DNA of 64,000 nt from Lama guanicoe (GCA_013239625.1 MU054323.1:5879220-5943219), one strand, 5' to 3'. Positions 12,436 through 24,647 are shown, counted from the stretch's first letter. Notes: generated by a model not told the origin, from the letters alone. Numbers and translations are program-made.

Positions 12436-15240
12436 TCTTTTTCCTTTCCCCAATTTTTACTCTGAAAAATTTAAACATAGAGAAAAGTTAAAAGACTAGT
12501 ACAATGAATTTCTGTGTACACACCACCTAGATTCAATCATTGCTAATATTCTGCCGTATTTGCTTAATTTATATGTGTGTGCATATCTGTCTGTAGATTG
12601 GTTGACTGATCTAGATAAATAGATACAGAGGTGGGTTTTTTTGTGGAATCATGTAAAAAGTTTCAGACATCATGACCCTTCATCCCTAAATACGTTAGCA
12701 TGTGTCCTAACTATAGGGTCAGTCTCCTACATTACCACATTGCCATTATCACAGCTAAGAAAATTGATAATAATTCCCCACTATCATCTGACATTTGGTT
12801 GGTATACCTTCATATTTCCCCAGTGGCCAGAAAATACATTTTTTATATAGCTTTTTTAAAAAAATCCATTCATACATAACATTTAGTTAATGTCTCTCTA
12901 GTCTCTTATTCTGAAACAAACCCACACCTTTTTTCTCTTTTCAGGACATTGACTTTTTGAAGAGACCAGGCCAGTTGCATTGCGGGATATCCCACATCCT
13001 AATTTTGCTCAGTTATTTCCTCGTGATGGTGTCTGACCTGTTCCTCTATCTCCTGTATTTCCTGTAGATTGGAAGTTGGGTTTTGAGGCTTGATTGGATT
13101 CAGGTTATATGTGCTTTTGTCAAGAATACACCATAGATGATGCTGTGTCCTTTACATGACCTCATACCCAGAGGCACATAATGTCAGGTGTCCCCTATCG
13201 GTGAAGTTAAGTTTAATCACTGGGTTAAAGGTGGTGGTCACATCACACCATTGCAAACATAGGCTTTTCCCTCTGTAATTGCAAGTAATCTATGGGGTGA
13301 TTTTTGGCCCTGGGCAAATATGCTTTTTGCAATAACTTTTTACCTACTGACTTCTGCATCCCTTGAGGACCCTTACCCAAGCTAGTTATCTCAGATGTAG
13401 AACAATAATTTTCTAATTTTGCCTTTCTTTCTATATTTATTGGCTGAAATCAGCTCCTCCTTGCTTTTAGGCACAATATGTCCCAGACAGACTTCGTGTT
13501 TTCACTGTTCCAGACCTAGAATCAGCCATTTTCCTGAGGAACCCTGGTTCTTTTTAGTTTGGAATTTAAGACCAACATCTAGGCACTAGGAATGCTCATT
13601 CTAAGACCATTTAGTGGATAGAGCTGGGAAATACATTTGTTTAACAAATTATATGTTCAAATTCATATTTCCAATTCAAATGAAATACTCAAGACTTTTT
13701 TCTTCTTGGTTTTGTTTATGTTTGTATCTCTTCAAGCTAAAATTTTGAATCTTATATATTAACATATTTACCTCTTTGTATATAATACACATACACACAT
13801 AAAATAGCTTTCCACTTACAAGACCCATATTATTACTAAGAGTAAAACTGCTGAGTTAAGTTTCTCTTTGCACTTCTTTCTACCTTAGAGTATATCCTAT
13901 TATGAAAGAACTGTGTTCGAAAGTCATTCTTTGTGTGATTATGTTATCCGTTTGATAAACAGCTTCATTTGTTGAGATTTGTTTTGGATTATAAGGTTTG
14001 AATTAAATTAATCCTTCTTAAACTAATTTTTTTGGAAAATGTTAAGTGTTTACATGGTTTAATGTTCAAAACTATACAGTAAGAAGTAATAAGAAACGTT
14101 GATTCCATACCTGTCTTTTCCATCACGTCCCCGCCATTGGTAACCATTTTGTTAGCATTGGGTTTATCTTTTTTGTATTCACCCTCATTTCCCCTTCTTT
14201 CTTAGACACCACCAGCATAGCGTCTGTGCTCTTCTTCGCCTTGCTTTGTCCGCTTTTCACGGTAGCCTTGAAGAACTCCCATATCAGTCCAGCAGGGCTG
14301 TCCTCCTCCTCCCTCAGGTGTGATGCTCCTTGTATCTCAGTGGACTCAGCCAGTCCCTATCCATGGGCTGTTGGGTTGTTTCTCATCCTTTTTTTTTTTT
14401 TACCAACAATGCCGTAATAAGTAATCTCTAGCATGTGCTTTCTCATACGTGAGAAGGTGTATCTTCAAGTGGGATTGATTAATGGGTCAAAAGATTAAAA
14501 CATACACAATTTCATCAGGTATGCCTAGATTCTCCTCTCTGGGGGCTGGACCATTTTTGCATTCCCCCAGTGATATGTGAGAATGCCTCGGTCTCCACAG
14601 CCTGAACCACAAAATGCTTGTCACACTGTTGGGTTTTTGCCAATATGATGAGTAAGAGATGGTATTCCAGTTTAGTTTTCATTTGTATTTATCTTATTGA
14701 GTAAGGTTGAGCATTTTTTCATAGATCTAAGGGCCATTTCCCTTTCTCTCTCTGTGAACTGAATACATCCTTTGTTTTTCTGTTATGCATTGGGCCTTTT
14801 TCTTCTGTTTTCAGGGCTTTTTCTAATATTAGAGATATAAGACCTTTGTCTCTGATATAGGTTGCAGATGTTTTCCTTCCTCAGTTTTGCCGTTCATCTT
14901 GACTCTACTTAATGTATTTCACCATGAATTTGTCTTATTTTGATGTAGACAAATTTATCAATCTTGCATTACTTCTGGATTTTAAGTCATAAATTAGAAA
15001 AGCCTTCTCCTCTCCCAGGTTATCAAGGAATTCACCCATGTCTTCTTCTAGTTCCTGTTTAATTTCATTATCCATTTTGATCACTTTATCCATTTAGAGT
15101 TTATTCCAGTGAATGGTATGAGATATGGATTCAAATTTAGTTTTTTCCCAAAGACCATTCATCTTTCCCCCAAAGGATTGAGATGCCACTTTTATCATAT
15201 ATCAAATTTTCAAATGGACTTGGGTCTACTTGCCAGTTTT
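12436..15240 (-). mobile_element. Old L1 (L1MC-like) 3' UTR/ORF2 remnant
   Basis: aaacatagagaaaagttaaaagactagtacaatgaa...cacctagattcaatcattgctaatattctgcc is an antisense L1MC-type 3' end; T-rich L1 body continues to ~15.2 kb. Confidence 0.75.
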
Positions 15241-17134
15241 CTGTTCATGAATCTGTCAGACCTGAGATTCATGAAGATCACCTTGACCCTCCTCTGGATA
15301 AAAGCACTGTGTGTCCCTGTCATGTCCTGACATTGTCTAGGTCATCCCAACCCCATAGGGCAAAAGCTCACGAGTGACCGCTGAACCTCAGCATGGAGTG
15401 GCTGCGGTCCATTCAGTCAGACTGTGACGGACATCATAACAGACTCTCAGCAACCCAAACCACACCAACAGCTTTGCTAAGGGCACCAGTACTTACAGAG
15501 CGGGTCTGGGGGATGGCCAGTGCATCTGGTCCTTTGGGGAATGAATGCTCTAAAGTTCTTCCTGGGTCATGCTGGACACTTAGGTACCATATAGCAATCT
15601 AGACCATAGTGACTTCCATGGAATTGCTTTAGATGAACAACACTTTAGTGACTCATCATGGTCCTATATTGAGGGATGTGCTAAGAAAAAAACCCTGTGA
15701 AACTCACGGGTGTTACTGAGCACTCACTCTGGCATTCTCTCTGGTTTTATCTTATTTCTCCTATATTTATCCTGATCGCCTGACATTATTTTACTTGTAT
15801 CTTTTTTAAAACTGCATCTTTGCAAACTGATTTGAAGTAGAGGGATATATTTCTGAAGGAGGAGGGAAGGAAGGAAGGGAATCACACAACACAGATGGTT
15901 TTGCGCTGCTGAAATATGTAAACAATGCGCCGCCGTCCTTGATTCCAGCCTAGATTTACTGCACTTTTCAAAGGAACATCTCTTTGACAGGTTTACCTAA
16001 TGCAGAAAAACACCTTTGCTTCCAGGTCAAGCAGCTTTCATCCTTTAAATCTTGTCATTTTAGATCAGAGAGGAATAAATGCAGAAGGATTTTAAAGGCT
16101 GATACAGGTTCAGACAAGTGTTTCAGCGTCTGAAGTCAGCTTGAGGCATTCGTGTTTGACTTCATTCAACACGGCCGCACCCCGACCCACCTTTGCCATC
16201 GTGGGCCTGCGCTGGAGTGGATGCTGCACTGCCCTGTGGACCAAACGTAGACCTTTCTGCTGGCGTTCACCACCATGCAGTCACTGTCTTCCTCTCTTCC
16301 TGACCCTTCTCCTTTGGTCCAGCAGCCCTTTGAACCTGTGTGTAAACGACACCACAGCTAGGAATTCTTGGCCGCCTCGTTCCCTTTAAATTCCCTTGCT
16401 CCAGTCTCCCCAGCCCTGGGCTCTGCTTGTATCTTAGGTGACAAAATCGACCTTGCTTTCCTGCTTCATAAATTCTTTCTCCTCTCTCACAGGTTTGTGC
16501 CCAGAATCCCAGAGTTAGAACGGCCCTCCCTGACTGTCCTGTGACATCAGTCCTGTAGGGAGGGAGGCAGGTGGGTAGAAGAAGACCTTGCCCTTCAGTG
16601 GTGCTGACAAAGATGTCCTGGGCACCAGCACTCATGGTGCAGGCTCTGCAAGGGGCACAGCGAGGGGGGAGCCGTGGTTCTGAGACTGCTCTGGGGGGAG
16701 GCCCAGGGCAGCAGGTAAAAGAAACCTCAGAATTAAACTCCTGCCACCAAAGTGGTTTCTGAACCCCGAAGACTGCTGGTTCAAAGCATGCAGCTTCCTC
16801 CTGTGCTCTGCTACACTCGTCATCTTCTTCCCAAAGTGACGACACTGCCCTCTGCCTCCCCAGACGTGTCTTCCTTTGGCGTCTTGTCCTCCCATTCTTT
16901 TAAATGTTTGAAGGGAGAATATAGCTTTGCTGGGGTCATTGCTTGGGAGGTGCCTGCATTTGCTGCACTCGGTCAGGTGTCCTTGTGAATATGAAAAGTC
17001 ACCAGTCACACATCAGCCTGCCTTGTCTCCCGAACACTGATGACTGCCAAGGCTTGGACCCAGCCGACCCTCCGTGACCCAACGTGCTCCCCTCAGTCTT
17101 GGCACTTGGGCCATTGTCATGTCAGTATTCCCTA

Positions 17135-17421
17135 CACAAAGACCCATCTCCCTTCTCCAAATATCTGAAATAGGCAAAGCTCTGGAAGTAAGAAATCATT
17201 TGACAGAAGAACCTGACTTAAACTGACATAAGGCCACTTAGAGTCCTTATTTATCCCAGTAAATGTAAATATTCATAACTTTTGCTATAGAAATATTAAT
17301 ATGTCTGATGCTGGGGTGCTGTTCTAAAACCTCCTGGGAGAATCATGATATATGGCATTTGTATTCTAAACTCCAAAGTAGATCTGGTCCCAAGGACTTG
17401 GGATAAGGGTTTATGGAGCTG
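17135..17421. mobile_element. TcMar-Tigger non-autonomous remnant
   Basis: Right end ggataagggtttatggagctg resembles Tigger-type TIR; left end degenerate and preceded by TA. Confidence 0.45.
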
Positions 17422-17699
17422 GATAAAACCAGAGGCTCGAGATTTCACTGTAATTTCACTCTGTATGACTGACAAGGTAACTCATGCAGAGAAGTGGCCC
17501 ACGCCAGGTGAAAGTATATGATGCCCAAGACTGAAAATATCCAAACCCAATCAGTATACTAAGAGCTTCCTCATCCTTGGAAGATCCACAAGACATGCAT
17601 GAAGGCTAGAAAAATGTCCCCAAATCAGAATGTAACTGGACATCTCGTAGACCCAATAATATGTCAATGCTGGGTGCTCCAGCAAGTTTCTAGAAATCT

Positions 17700-18500
17700 A
17701 CTGATAATAAGATTTTAAATGCTTTCCATATGCCAGGCACTGTTCTAATTGCCTACTATGACTTACCTAATCAAATCCTTGTGACAACCCTTTGAGGCAT
17801 TAAATATCAATATCCCTTTAGAGATGAGGAAACTGAAGCCCAGAGAGATTAAATGCCTCTATTACAGTTCATAAGCCAGAAAACAGAAACCTCTCTGGCT
17901 ATTTAAACAGAGATTACCAGAGAGAACTGGGAGTTTCCAAAATCATTAGAAAGGCAGGATCTAGGTTCAGCCTCCAGGAATGATTCCCAACATGCACTGC
18001 AGAATGCACCATCAGGACTGCTGCTTCCGCAGGTGGGAAGGTTGGGAATCAGGACCCCACTATGGGAAATACCAGCCTCAGGACACCCACCTTCGCTGCC
18101 ATCCAGGGACCAGGTTGGGTCACCATGACTGTTGGCTTCCGAGTGGATATTCTGCCTTCCAACACACCCACAAAGCCAGCGTCTGGTCTCCTAGCCTCTG
18201 CCTGGCAGGAGGAGAGTAGAATCTAAAGCCGTATGGCTCCCACCTCATTTCCGTGGCCTCTCAGATCATATACAAGCCCATCTGCTTTGTAGAACCTAAA
18301 ACACATCTGGGTCCCTGGAGGTACCAGGGAACATGCCATTTTAGCTTTCCTAAAGGCACATCAGGAGGAAGGTTGAATGGATGTCCATTGAGCCAATCTA
18401 TGGTTTCGTACATTAACTTCTCAAAGATGACACAGGAGGTGGTACAACCAGGATTTGAAGCCAGACTGTCTGGCTCCAGAGACTAAGCTCTGTAAATTTG
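17700..18500 (-). mobile_element. MIR SINE split by an LTR insertion
   Basis: MIR stops at gaggaaactgaagcccagagagattaaa (17853) and resumes at ttaacttctcaaagatgacacag...ggatttgaagccagactgtctggctccagag (18413). Confidence 0.7.
17854..18412 (-). mobile_element. ERVL/MaLR-like solo LTR
   Basis: TG...CA bounded 559-bp insert in the MIR, flanked by ttaaa/ttaac; agaaaacagaaacctctctggctatttaaacag is LTR-like. Confidence 0.5.
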
Positions 18501-18699
18501 ACTGCCTCTCCATGAGCTCATGCCTGGCCTGGCTGGTCCCCCGTGACATGTATTCTCAGCACATCTCCAACTGATCTATGTGTCTTTATGGCTCAAGGGG
18601 TGGGGGGCTCTAAAGCTAGACTCTGAATGTGGGGAGTGGGCTGTGATTAATGACATCCAACCACCATGGATTATCTCCATCTGTCCTGTACTGGCTGGG

Positions 18700-19146
18700 T
18701 GAATCAGTTACCTATGAACCCCACAGTGCTATGCAACTAAGCCACCAGAAAACTCAGTGGCTTAAGACAATAAACATCTAATGTTGCTCATCTAGTCTGT
18801 AGGATGACTAGTTCTTCTGGTCTTAGATGGGTTCATTTGTGCCTCTGTGGTCAGCTGTGGGCCATTTAGGTGGCTCTGTTGTTTTGGCTGGCATCTCTCA
18901 GGATTGGTTTCAGCTGACAGATCTCTGGCTGGGTGGGCTGGTCTCATCCTCCAGCAAACCCAGCCAGCATGTTCTCATAGCAGTTCCTGAGAAGTGAGAG
19001 AGGAAGCGGAGATGCACATTTACTTTTCTAAACCAAGTTACATGGTCGTGCTCAGGGTTATGGTGGAAAGGGTACTACAAAGTTCCAGGACAAAGGGTGT
19101 AGATAGGGGAGGCCATTAGTTGGGGCCATTAACCTAAGGCACCATA
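18700..19146 (-). mobile_element. MLT1 (G/H-like) solo LTR
   Basis: aaaactcagtggcttaagacaataaacat...ctcatcctccagcaaacccagccagcatgttctcatagcag typical of antisense MLT1. Confidence 0.75.
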
Positions 19147-20057
19147 TTGAACCCCTCAGATGAGCCCATGCCCCTGGTGCCATGGAAAGCACTGTTTGGG
19201 TATTGGATGGGAGGCAGGGAGGGCCAAGCCTTCTGGAACTCCAGTGTCAAATGTCATGCAGAATTCAGCCTCCAGGGGCTGTCCTACAAGGTCCTGCATA
19301 AACTAAATCCCCTGTTCCTTTGGCTGGCTCAGTTCTGCGCTCAGGCCAGGCTGGCCAGCTGACTCAGAGACACAGCCCTCGACTTGCAGGGCCTCTGCTT
19401 AACGGAGCCACTTCTCAACAAAGACAGTCTTTTGACATCTCAAGCGGCATGTCTGCTTGCTCGCCAATTAAAAGGCTCATGTCCTCAGTGTGACAAATAG
19501 CAGGGAAAACAATTCTGCAATTCAGGACACAAGTGGGGAGAACATGAGCAAGTTAATCAGGAATCAAGCGCCGGCCTTGTCCTCGGGCTTTCATCCAGCC
19601 TCTCAGTGAGACCGCGCGCCTCTCCCAAGACTTCCTGGGTCGCGCCGGCCAGGCTGCCCCCGCCGCAGGATCATGTGAAGGGTCAGGGTTGTTTTTCCGT
19701 AGCTTAGATTTCGGCAGGCAGGTCTTACGTCTTCTTAATGAATATTTAATAACCTAACAGTGCTGCCCGGTGGCTGTGCTGTGGGGACAGAGCGGAGACC
19801 AGGGTCCCTGTGTAGCCAGACCCTTCTCTGCAGAACAGGAGGGGCTCCCCACGTGCCCGGGGGCCAGGGTCAGGTAGCAGTTCTGACAGCAGGAGACTCT
19901 CAAGAAAATAGGCATTCCTCTCATTTTTTTCATCTGGATCCATTTCCCTTTGAAACACAACTGACCCCCAGTGAAAGGAGAATTGTGTATTCCCTGGTTT
20001 GCTTCCCAAGAAATGAATTTGAACTAAGTAAAAATAAATGAATGAATAAATAAATAA

Positions 20058-20380
20058 AAATAACAGCTTTATTGGGAGAGAACTCACATCCCACACAGGT
20101 CACCCATTGCAGGTGCACAATTCAGTGTTTTTTAATATAGTCACAGATACGTGCAGCCGTCACCACAGTCAATATTTCCATCACCTCAAAAAGAAACCCA
20201 CACCCATTAGCAGTCCCTGTTCCCCTCTTCCCCCAGCCCCTGGCAACCACGAATCTACTTTCTGTCTCTATAGATTTCCTTATTCTGGGCGTATCAAATG
20301 AATGGAGTCCTATAATAGGTGGTATTTTGTGACTGGATTCTGTCACTTGGCTTAAACCAAGTACATTTTTTCAAGTTTCA
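20058..20380 (-). mobile_element. L1MB-like 3' end
   Basis: aacagctttattg...ccccagcccctggcaaccacgaatctactttctgtctctatagattt. Confidence 0.85.
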
Positions 20381-20394
20381 TCTTTGAAGGCAGA

Positions 20395-20580
20395 AGACTC
20401 CTGGCTCCACAGCCACTTCGCTGTGTGAGTTTAGGCAAATGGCTTGACCTCTCTGAGCCTCGGTTTCCCCATCTCATTACGGGGAGAGTTCCAGTGCTCA
20501 CTCGCATAAAGCTCACTGGGTTAACACATGTGAAGGCTTCAAGCTCTGCCTGGGACAGTCTTCAGTAAACATGATTTCTT
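20395..20580 (+). mobile_element. MIR SINE
   Basis: gctgtgtgagtttaggcaaatggcttgacctctctgagcctcggtttccccatct. Confidence 0.75.
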
Positions 20581-21317
20581 ACCATTTTTCTTGTCCTGGC
20601 TGTCCCTGAAGACGTTTCTAGCTCTGTTTGGGGGGCCCCGCCTCTCTGTTTTCATTCCCTTAGCAAACATTTACTTCAGTCTGCACAACTCTCCCCACAG
20701 GGGCTGCACCTGTGTCCCAGGGAACGGGGCGATCCTGCGTGGGCCTCGCAAGTCCTCATCCACCTGCACGCCACCCCTTCTCCCTGGGGCAGCCTGATGG
20801 CCCCTCTCTGGGCTCTGAGGTTCACAATAGTTCTGGGAATGTCACCTGGAGGGCCTCCCCTTTGTACCCTCAATATTTCTACTCCCAAGTTGGGACAGGG
20901 TAAGTATAACCACGGCCCTTGTTGAAAGGAACCACGCTCCTACTTGCTGACGTGCAGTCATCCATTCATGTTAATAGTGTTAACTGTAAAAATGACAGAA
21001 ACATCTTTAGAAAGGCCACAGGATAAAGGGAACTACATCCCTCAAGCCTGAGATACTTACTGACTTCCTTCTGGGGTGTTCTTTTCGTCTGCAGGTGGGT
21101 AGAATTTTATGAGACCAAGTGGGGAGACTCAGAATGTGGATTCCCCCACCGCAGAGCGCTAGAGTGGCACTTCCGTGTAGCTGCACGTTTACACTGGGAC
21201 TGTGGTTTTTTGTGCGTTTTTATGTCTTTTCCATGTCTGGGTTTCTCTCCCCTGAGAGACTGTAAACGTCTAAAGATCAAGAACTGTGTTGTCTCCTTTT
21301 ATAGGAGTGTGTGTTTC

Positions 21318-21356
21318 AAAAAGAAAGAAAGAAAGAAAGAAAGAAAGAAAAGGAAA
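21318..21356 (+). repeat. (GAAA)n microsatellite
   Basis: Directly visible tandem GAAA units. Confidence 0.95.
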
Positions 21357-21472
21357 TTTCTTAAAATGTCTCTTATCTATGCCTGCGACGTTTTCTTACT
21401 GATGTGACGACCTGGTGTCTCAGGAAATGGCCTGGAAAACATTACCCTGCCCCAGCCGTGGCTTAGTCCTCA

Positions 21473-21485
21473 TGCCATCTGGCGG
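21473..21485 (-). promoter_or_regulatory. Candidate CTCF site
   Basis: Minus strand CCGCCAGATGGCA fits the CTCF core CCRSYAGRKGGCR; binding not demonstrable from sequence. Confidence 0.35.
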
Positions 21486-21799
21486 GGTCTTTTGTCCCCT
21501 GAACTACCTGTGTTGTATGAGATGACAGGAAAATGCATCAGTGGCCGGCACAGGGCCGAGAGGCAGAATTTCTCTGAAGCTTCAGGATTTTGTTTGCTTG
21601 TGCTGCATCTCCCATATTGAGATTATTTGGAAATCCTATTGAAAATAAAAGTTTCCTCCCTGCCATATGGGAACTTTGGGAAAAGAATCCACCCTCTATT
21701 CCAGGCTTTTGCTTTATTTCAAACAGCCGGAGGATGAGGGAGGAAGCATCTGATGTAGGAACCAAGGCATCGTCATGGCCTGAGACGGGGCTGTAATTA

Positions 21800-22020
21800 A
21801 TAAAGTGGCCAGTGGTCACTGAGTGCCTCCTGTGTGCCAGGCTCTGCTCTCAACATCGATGTGTAGTGTTGTCTCATCTCATCTTTACAAAGCTTTGTGA
21901 AGAAAAGATGCTTGTTTACCAGTAAGGAAACTGGGGCACAGAAAAGAAACACAATCTGAAAGTCCCACAGCTAGTGACAGTGGAAGCCGGATTCCTGCCC
22001 CACCAGCCTCACCTGAAACT
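21800..22020 (-). mobile_element. MIR SINE
   Basis: cactgagtgcctcctgtgtgccaggctctgctct...taaggaaactggggcacagaaaag. Confidence 0.7.
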
Positions 22021-22091
22021 GCAGAATAACAATATTGTTTTCAAGTTTCAGTCTCTCTGGTTTGAACCATCCCTCATGGTGGGCAAAGCAT

Positions 22092-22139
22092 ATGGCGCCA
22101 TTTTCCCACCAGAACCTGATAAGCGCCATTTTGACGTCA
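22092..22139. promoter_or_regulatory. Motif cluster: 2x YY1-like, GATA and palindromic CRE
   Basis: GCGCCATTTT at 22095-22104 and 22123-22132, TGATAA at 22117-22122, TGACGTCA at 22132-22139. Confidence 0.35.
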
Positions 22140-22489
22140 GGAGCATGTCCCAGAGGCCCAAATCTCCAGGGGGTATAGGTCCAGGCCTTGGGTGCATCAG
22201 TTCCTAATCTCTTGCATTGATTGCTTCTTTCTTAACACTAAAAATTAAGGGAAGGAACTTCCCATTAAATCGTTACAACAGTCCCACGGCATGCAAGCAG
22301 TCACGTCCCAAGAGAGGTCAAGAGATGCTCTATGATTACATCAGGTTGGGAAGTAGCGTCCCCCGCTTAAAGCATGCAGGACACATTTGTGGGCCAATTG
22401 TTCTGCGTACTTGGTCTAGCACAGGACGTCTGTGAGTGTGAATAGGGGAACATATGTCTGTTTTCCCAGTGAAAGCTGGCGCTCCCTTC

Positions 22490-22850
22490 AATTCATGATT
22501 GTAGGTGACAAACCACAGTAGTGTGTGACTTTGTCACCTATGGGAATCACAGATATTCTCCTCCTGTTGCACATGTCTCAAAATATCATTTATATTCATC
22601 ATTACTTTGAAATTATGATAGTTTTAAACATGCCACTAGACTTTAGTATTTAATACACTAATAAAGAAGACATTTATTACGTTAGCATTTTGTTTTTTTG
22701 GTATGTTGGTAACTATACTTAAATGTAACTGGTTTCTTTTATCATCCTACGTTCTTTATTTTGTGTATTCAAAAGTATTATTCTGAAACGGAGTCCACAG
22801 GCTTTTCACCAGGCTGCCGAAGGTGCCCATGGTCCCTGGTTACCCTCTAC
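22490..22850 (-). mobile_element. hAT-Charlie remnant (Charlie4a/MER80-like)
   Basis: attattctgaaacggagtccacaggcttttcaccaggctgccgaaggtgcccatgg resembles the Charlie4 terminal region. Confidence 0.55.
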
Positions 22851-22911
22851 TGACGGTTTCCAGGAAAGTGCTTTGGAGGATTTGAAGATGGGAAATGCAG
22901 GGGGAGTGACT

Positions 22912-22977
22912 TGCGCGCACGCGCACGCGCGCACACACACACACGCGCACGCGCGCACGCACACGCACACACACACA
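22912..22977. repeat. Alternating (CG/CA)n tract
   Basis: 66 bp of strict purine-pyrimidine alternation mixing CG and CA units. Confidence 0.95.
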
Positions 22978-23432
22978 AAGATCCTTGCTGAGAGTGTGGA
23001 GTGGGCCTTTCCCTCTGGAACCAGAGCCCCTGCCAGGTCCTGGCAGCCTGGTTCTCTGGGCATCTCAAGGAATGAGAAACACTTGTGACTCACAGCAAAG
23101 ACACTGCTTCGTTGAAGCCAGAGAAACACGATTTATTACCAGCATGTTTTCAGTTCCAGGCGATGCCTTGAAAAGGTCAGCTTATATGAATATTTAGAAA
23201 AAGCAAGATCATAAAATAAGAGGGATTTGGTATTTGGGTTTTTTTTCCTTTGCCGAAGAATATTCAGGCGCGCTCTTACAATGGGCAAACCCAGCACTCT
23301 TTACTTGACCTGCATTTACTCTTTAAGAAGGAAGATGTTGTAGAGCGGCATTTGGGGAGAAGATTTATGATGCAGGGGGTTTTATAGCATTTGAAACTAG
23401 GGCAGCGAGCCCTAAACATGGGACCAGAGGCC

Positions 23433-23451
23433 TCTTGCCATCTAGTGTCCA
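23433..23451 (-). promoter_or_regulatory. Candidate CTCF site
   Basis: Minus strand TGGACACTAGATGGCAAGA resembles the CTCF 19-mer consensus TGGCCACCAGGGGGCGCTA. Confidence 0.4.
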
Positions 23452-24647
23452 GCGAAGACGGCAGGTTAGGAGAACATGTGTGCGCTGGAGGTCCTGCTCA
23501 GTGCCTAATTGTTCCGTATTTGTTTCAGCTGATGGCTACTCTTTTCATTAGGGGCTTTTAACTGGTGAGTCATCTTTTGAAAATACAAATTTGATGCAGC
23601 CGTTCTTTCTTTAAAACCTCCTTTGGCTCCCCCTTGCCAGAGGAGAGAGTACAAAATCCTTAACCTCCTGGCCAGGCCCTCTAAGCTTTGACTGCAGCTT
23701 TCCGACTAGCCTCATGCATCAGCCTCTCCCTCCACCTCCCCTCCCACCCCGTCCACACAGCAGAGGGGACTTACTGTATTGTAGTGTATGGTGAGCTTGG
23801 CAGAAGAGTAGTAAGCTAGGGTGTTTATTCTTTATTTCATGTAGTAATTGTTTTTAAAACGACTTAATATTTTTACGTTTAGTGGGGTGGGTTTTATTTA
23901 AACCCCCAGGTTTTCGGCTGGTCTATAGTCTTCATGGTTTGTATAACCTTGGGGTACGTTCTTTGCAAAATCCTGGGTTGACTTTTGAGGAGATGCAGAT
24001 TGGACATTTGGAAGCAGTTATGTATCCTGCTTCTTCTGTTTCCTTTTATAATCGTATCAGAAAACGGAATCATAATGTGCTTACTTCACTTGCACAGTCT
24101 CTTATTGTCAGGCGTTCTGCTCCCAGTGTCTCTGATTTTCACTGTCCCTCTCATCTTGCGTTTTTCTGCCGTCTCCCCTCTGTCCCAGATCTCTTGCACG
24201 GTGAATGTGTTTTTTTTTTTAATTTCATGCAATCAATATTTCTGGATGCCTACTGCTCACCAGACTCTATGCCAAGGGCCAGGCGTGGAGTGTGGAGGAA
24301 ACAGCCAGGCTGCTTGTCAACCTGTTTTGACATGAAAATGTTTGTAGCTTTGCTTGGTTCGGCTGGTTGTTAGCTGGTCTTACTATTATTATTGTCATCT
24401 TCGCTGATTGGTCCATCCATCTGCAGTGAAGACTTCTGTTCAACACAAATAGAAATCCAGTGACCATAAGATATTTTGGGGTATGAATTACACTCACCTT
24501 TCTGCTCAGGAACTCCCTCTGAGGGCACACAAGTTTGCCATTGGGTACATCCATCCATTGGATGAAGTGTCCACGGAGGGGTGGTCCCCTGCTTTCCTTA
24601 ATTCTCCCATGACGTGGTAAGGTATCTCTTTGGCATTTGTTAGCCAC

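Noticed and set aside
21055..21094. Minus-strand 28-nt micro-exon (cag|acgaaaag...agtca|gtaagt)
   Set aside because: Weak pyrimidine tract on that strand, length not a multiple of 3, no partner exons; the same bases fit a + strand acceptor better
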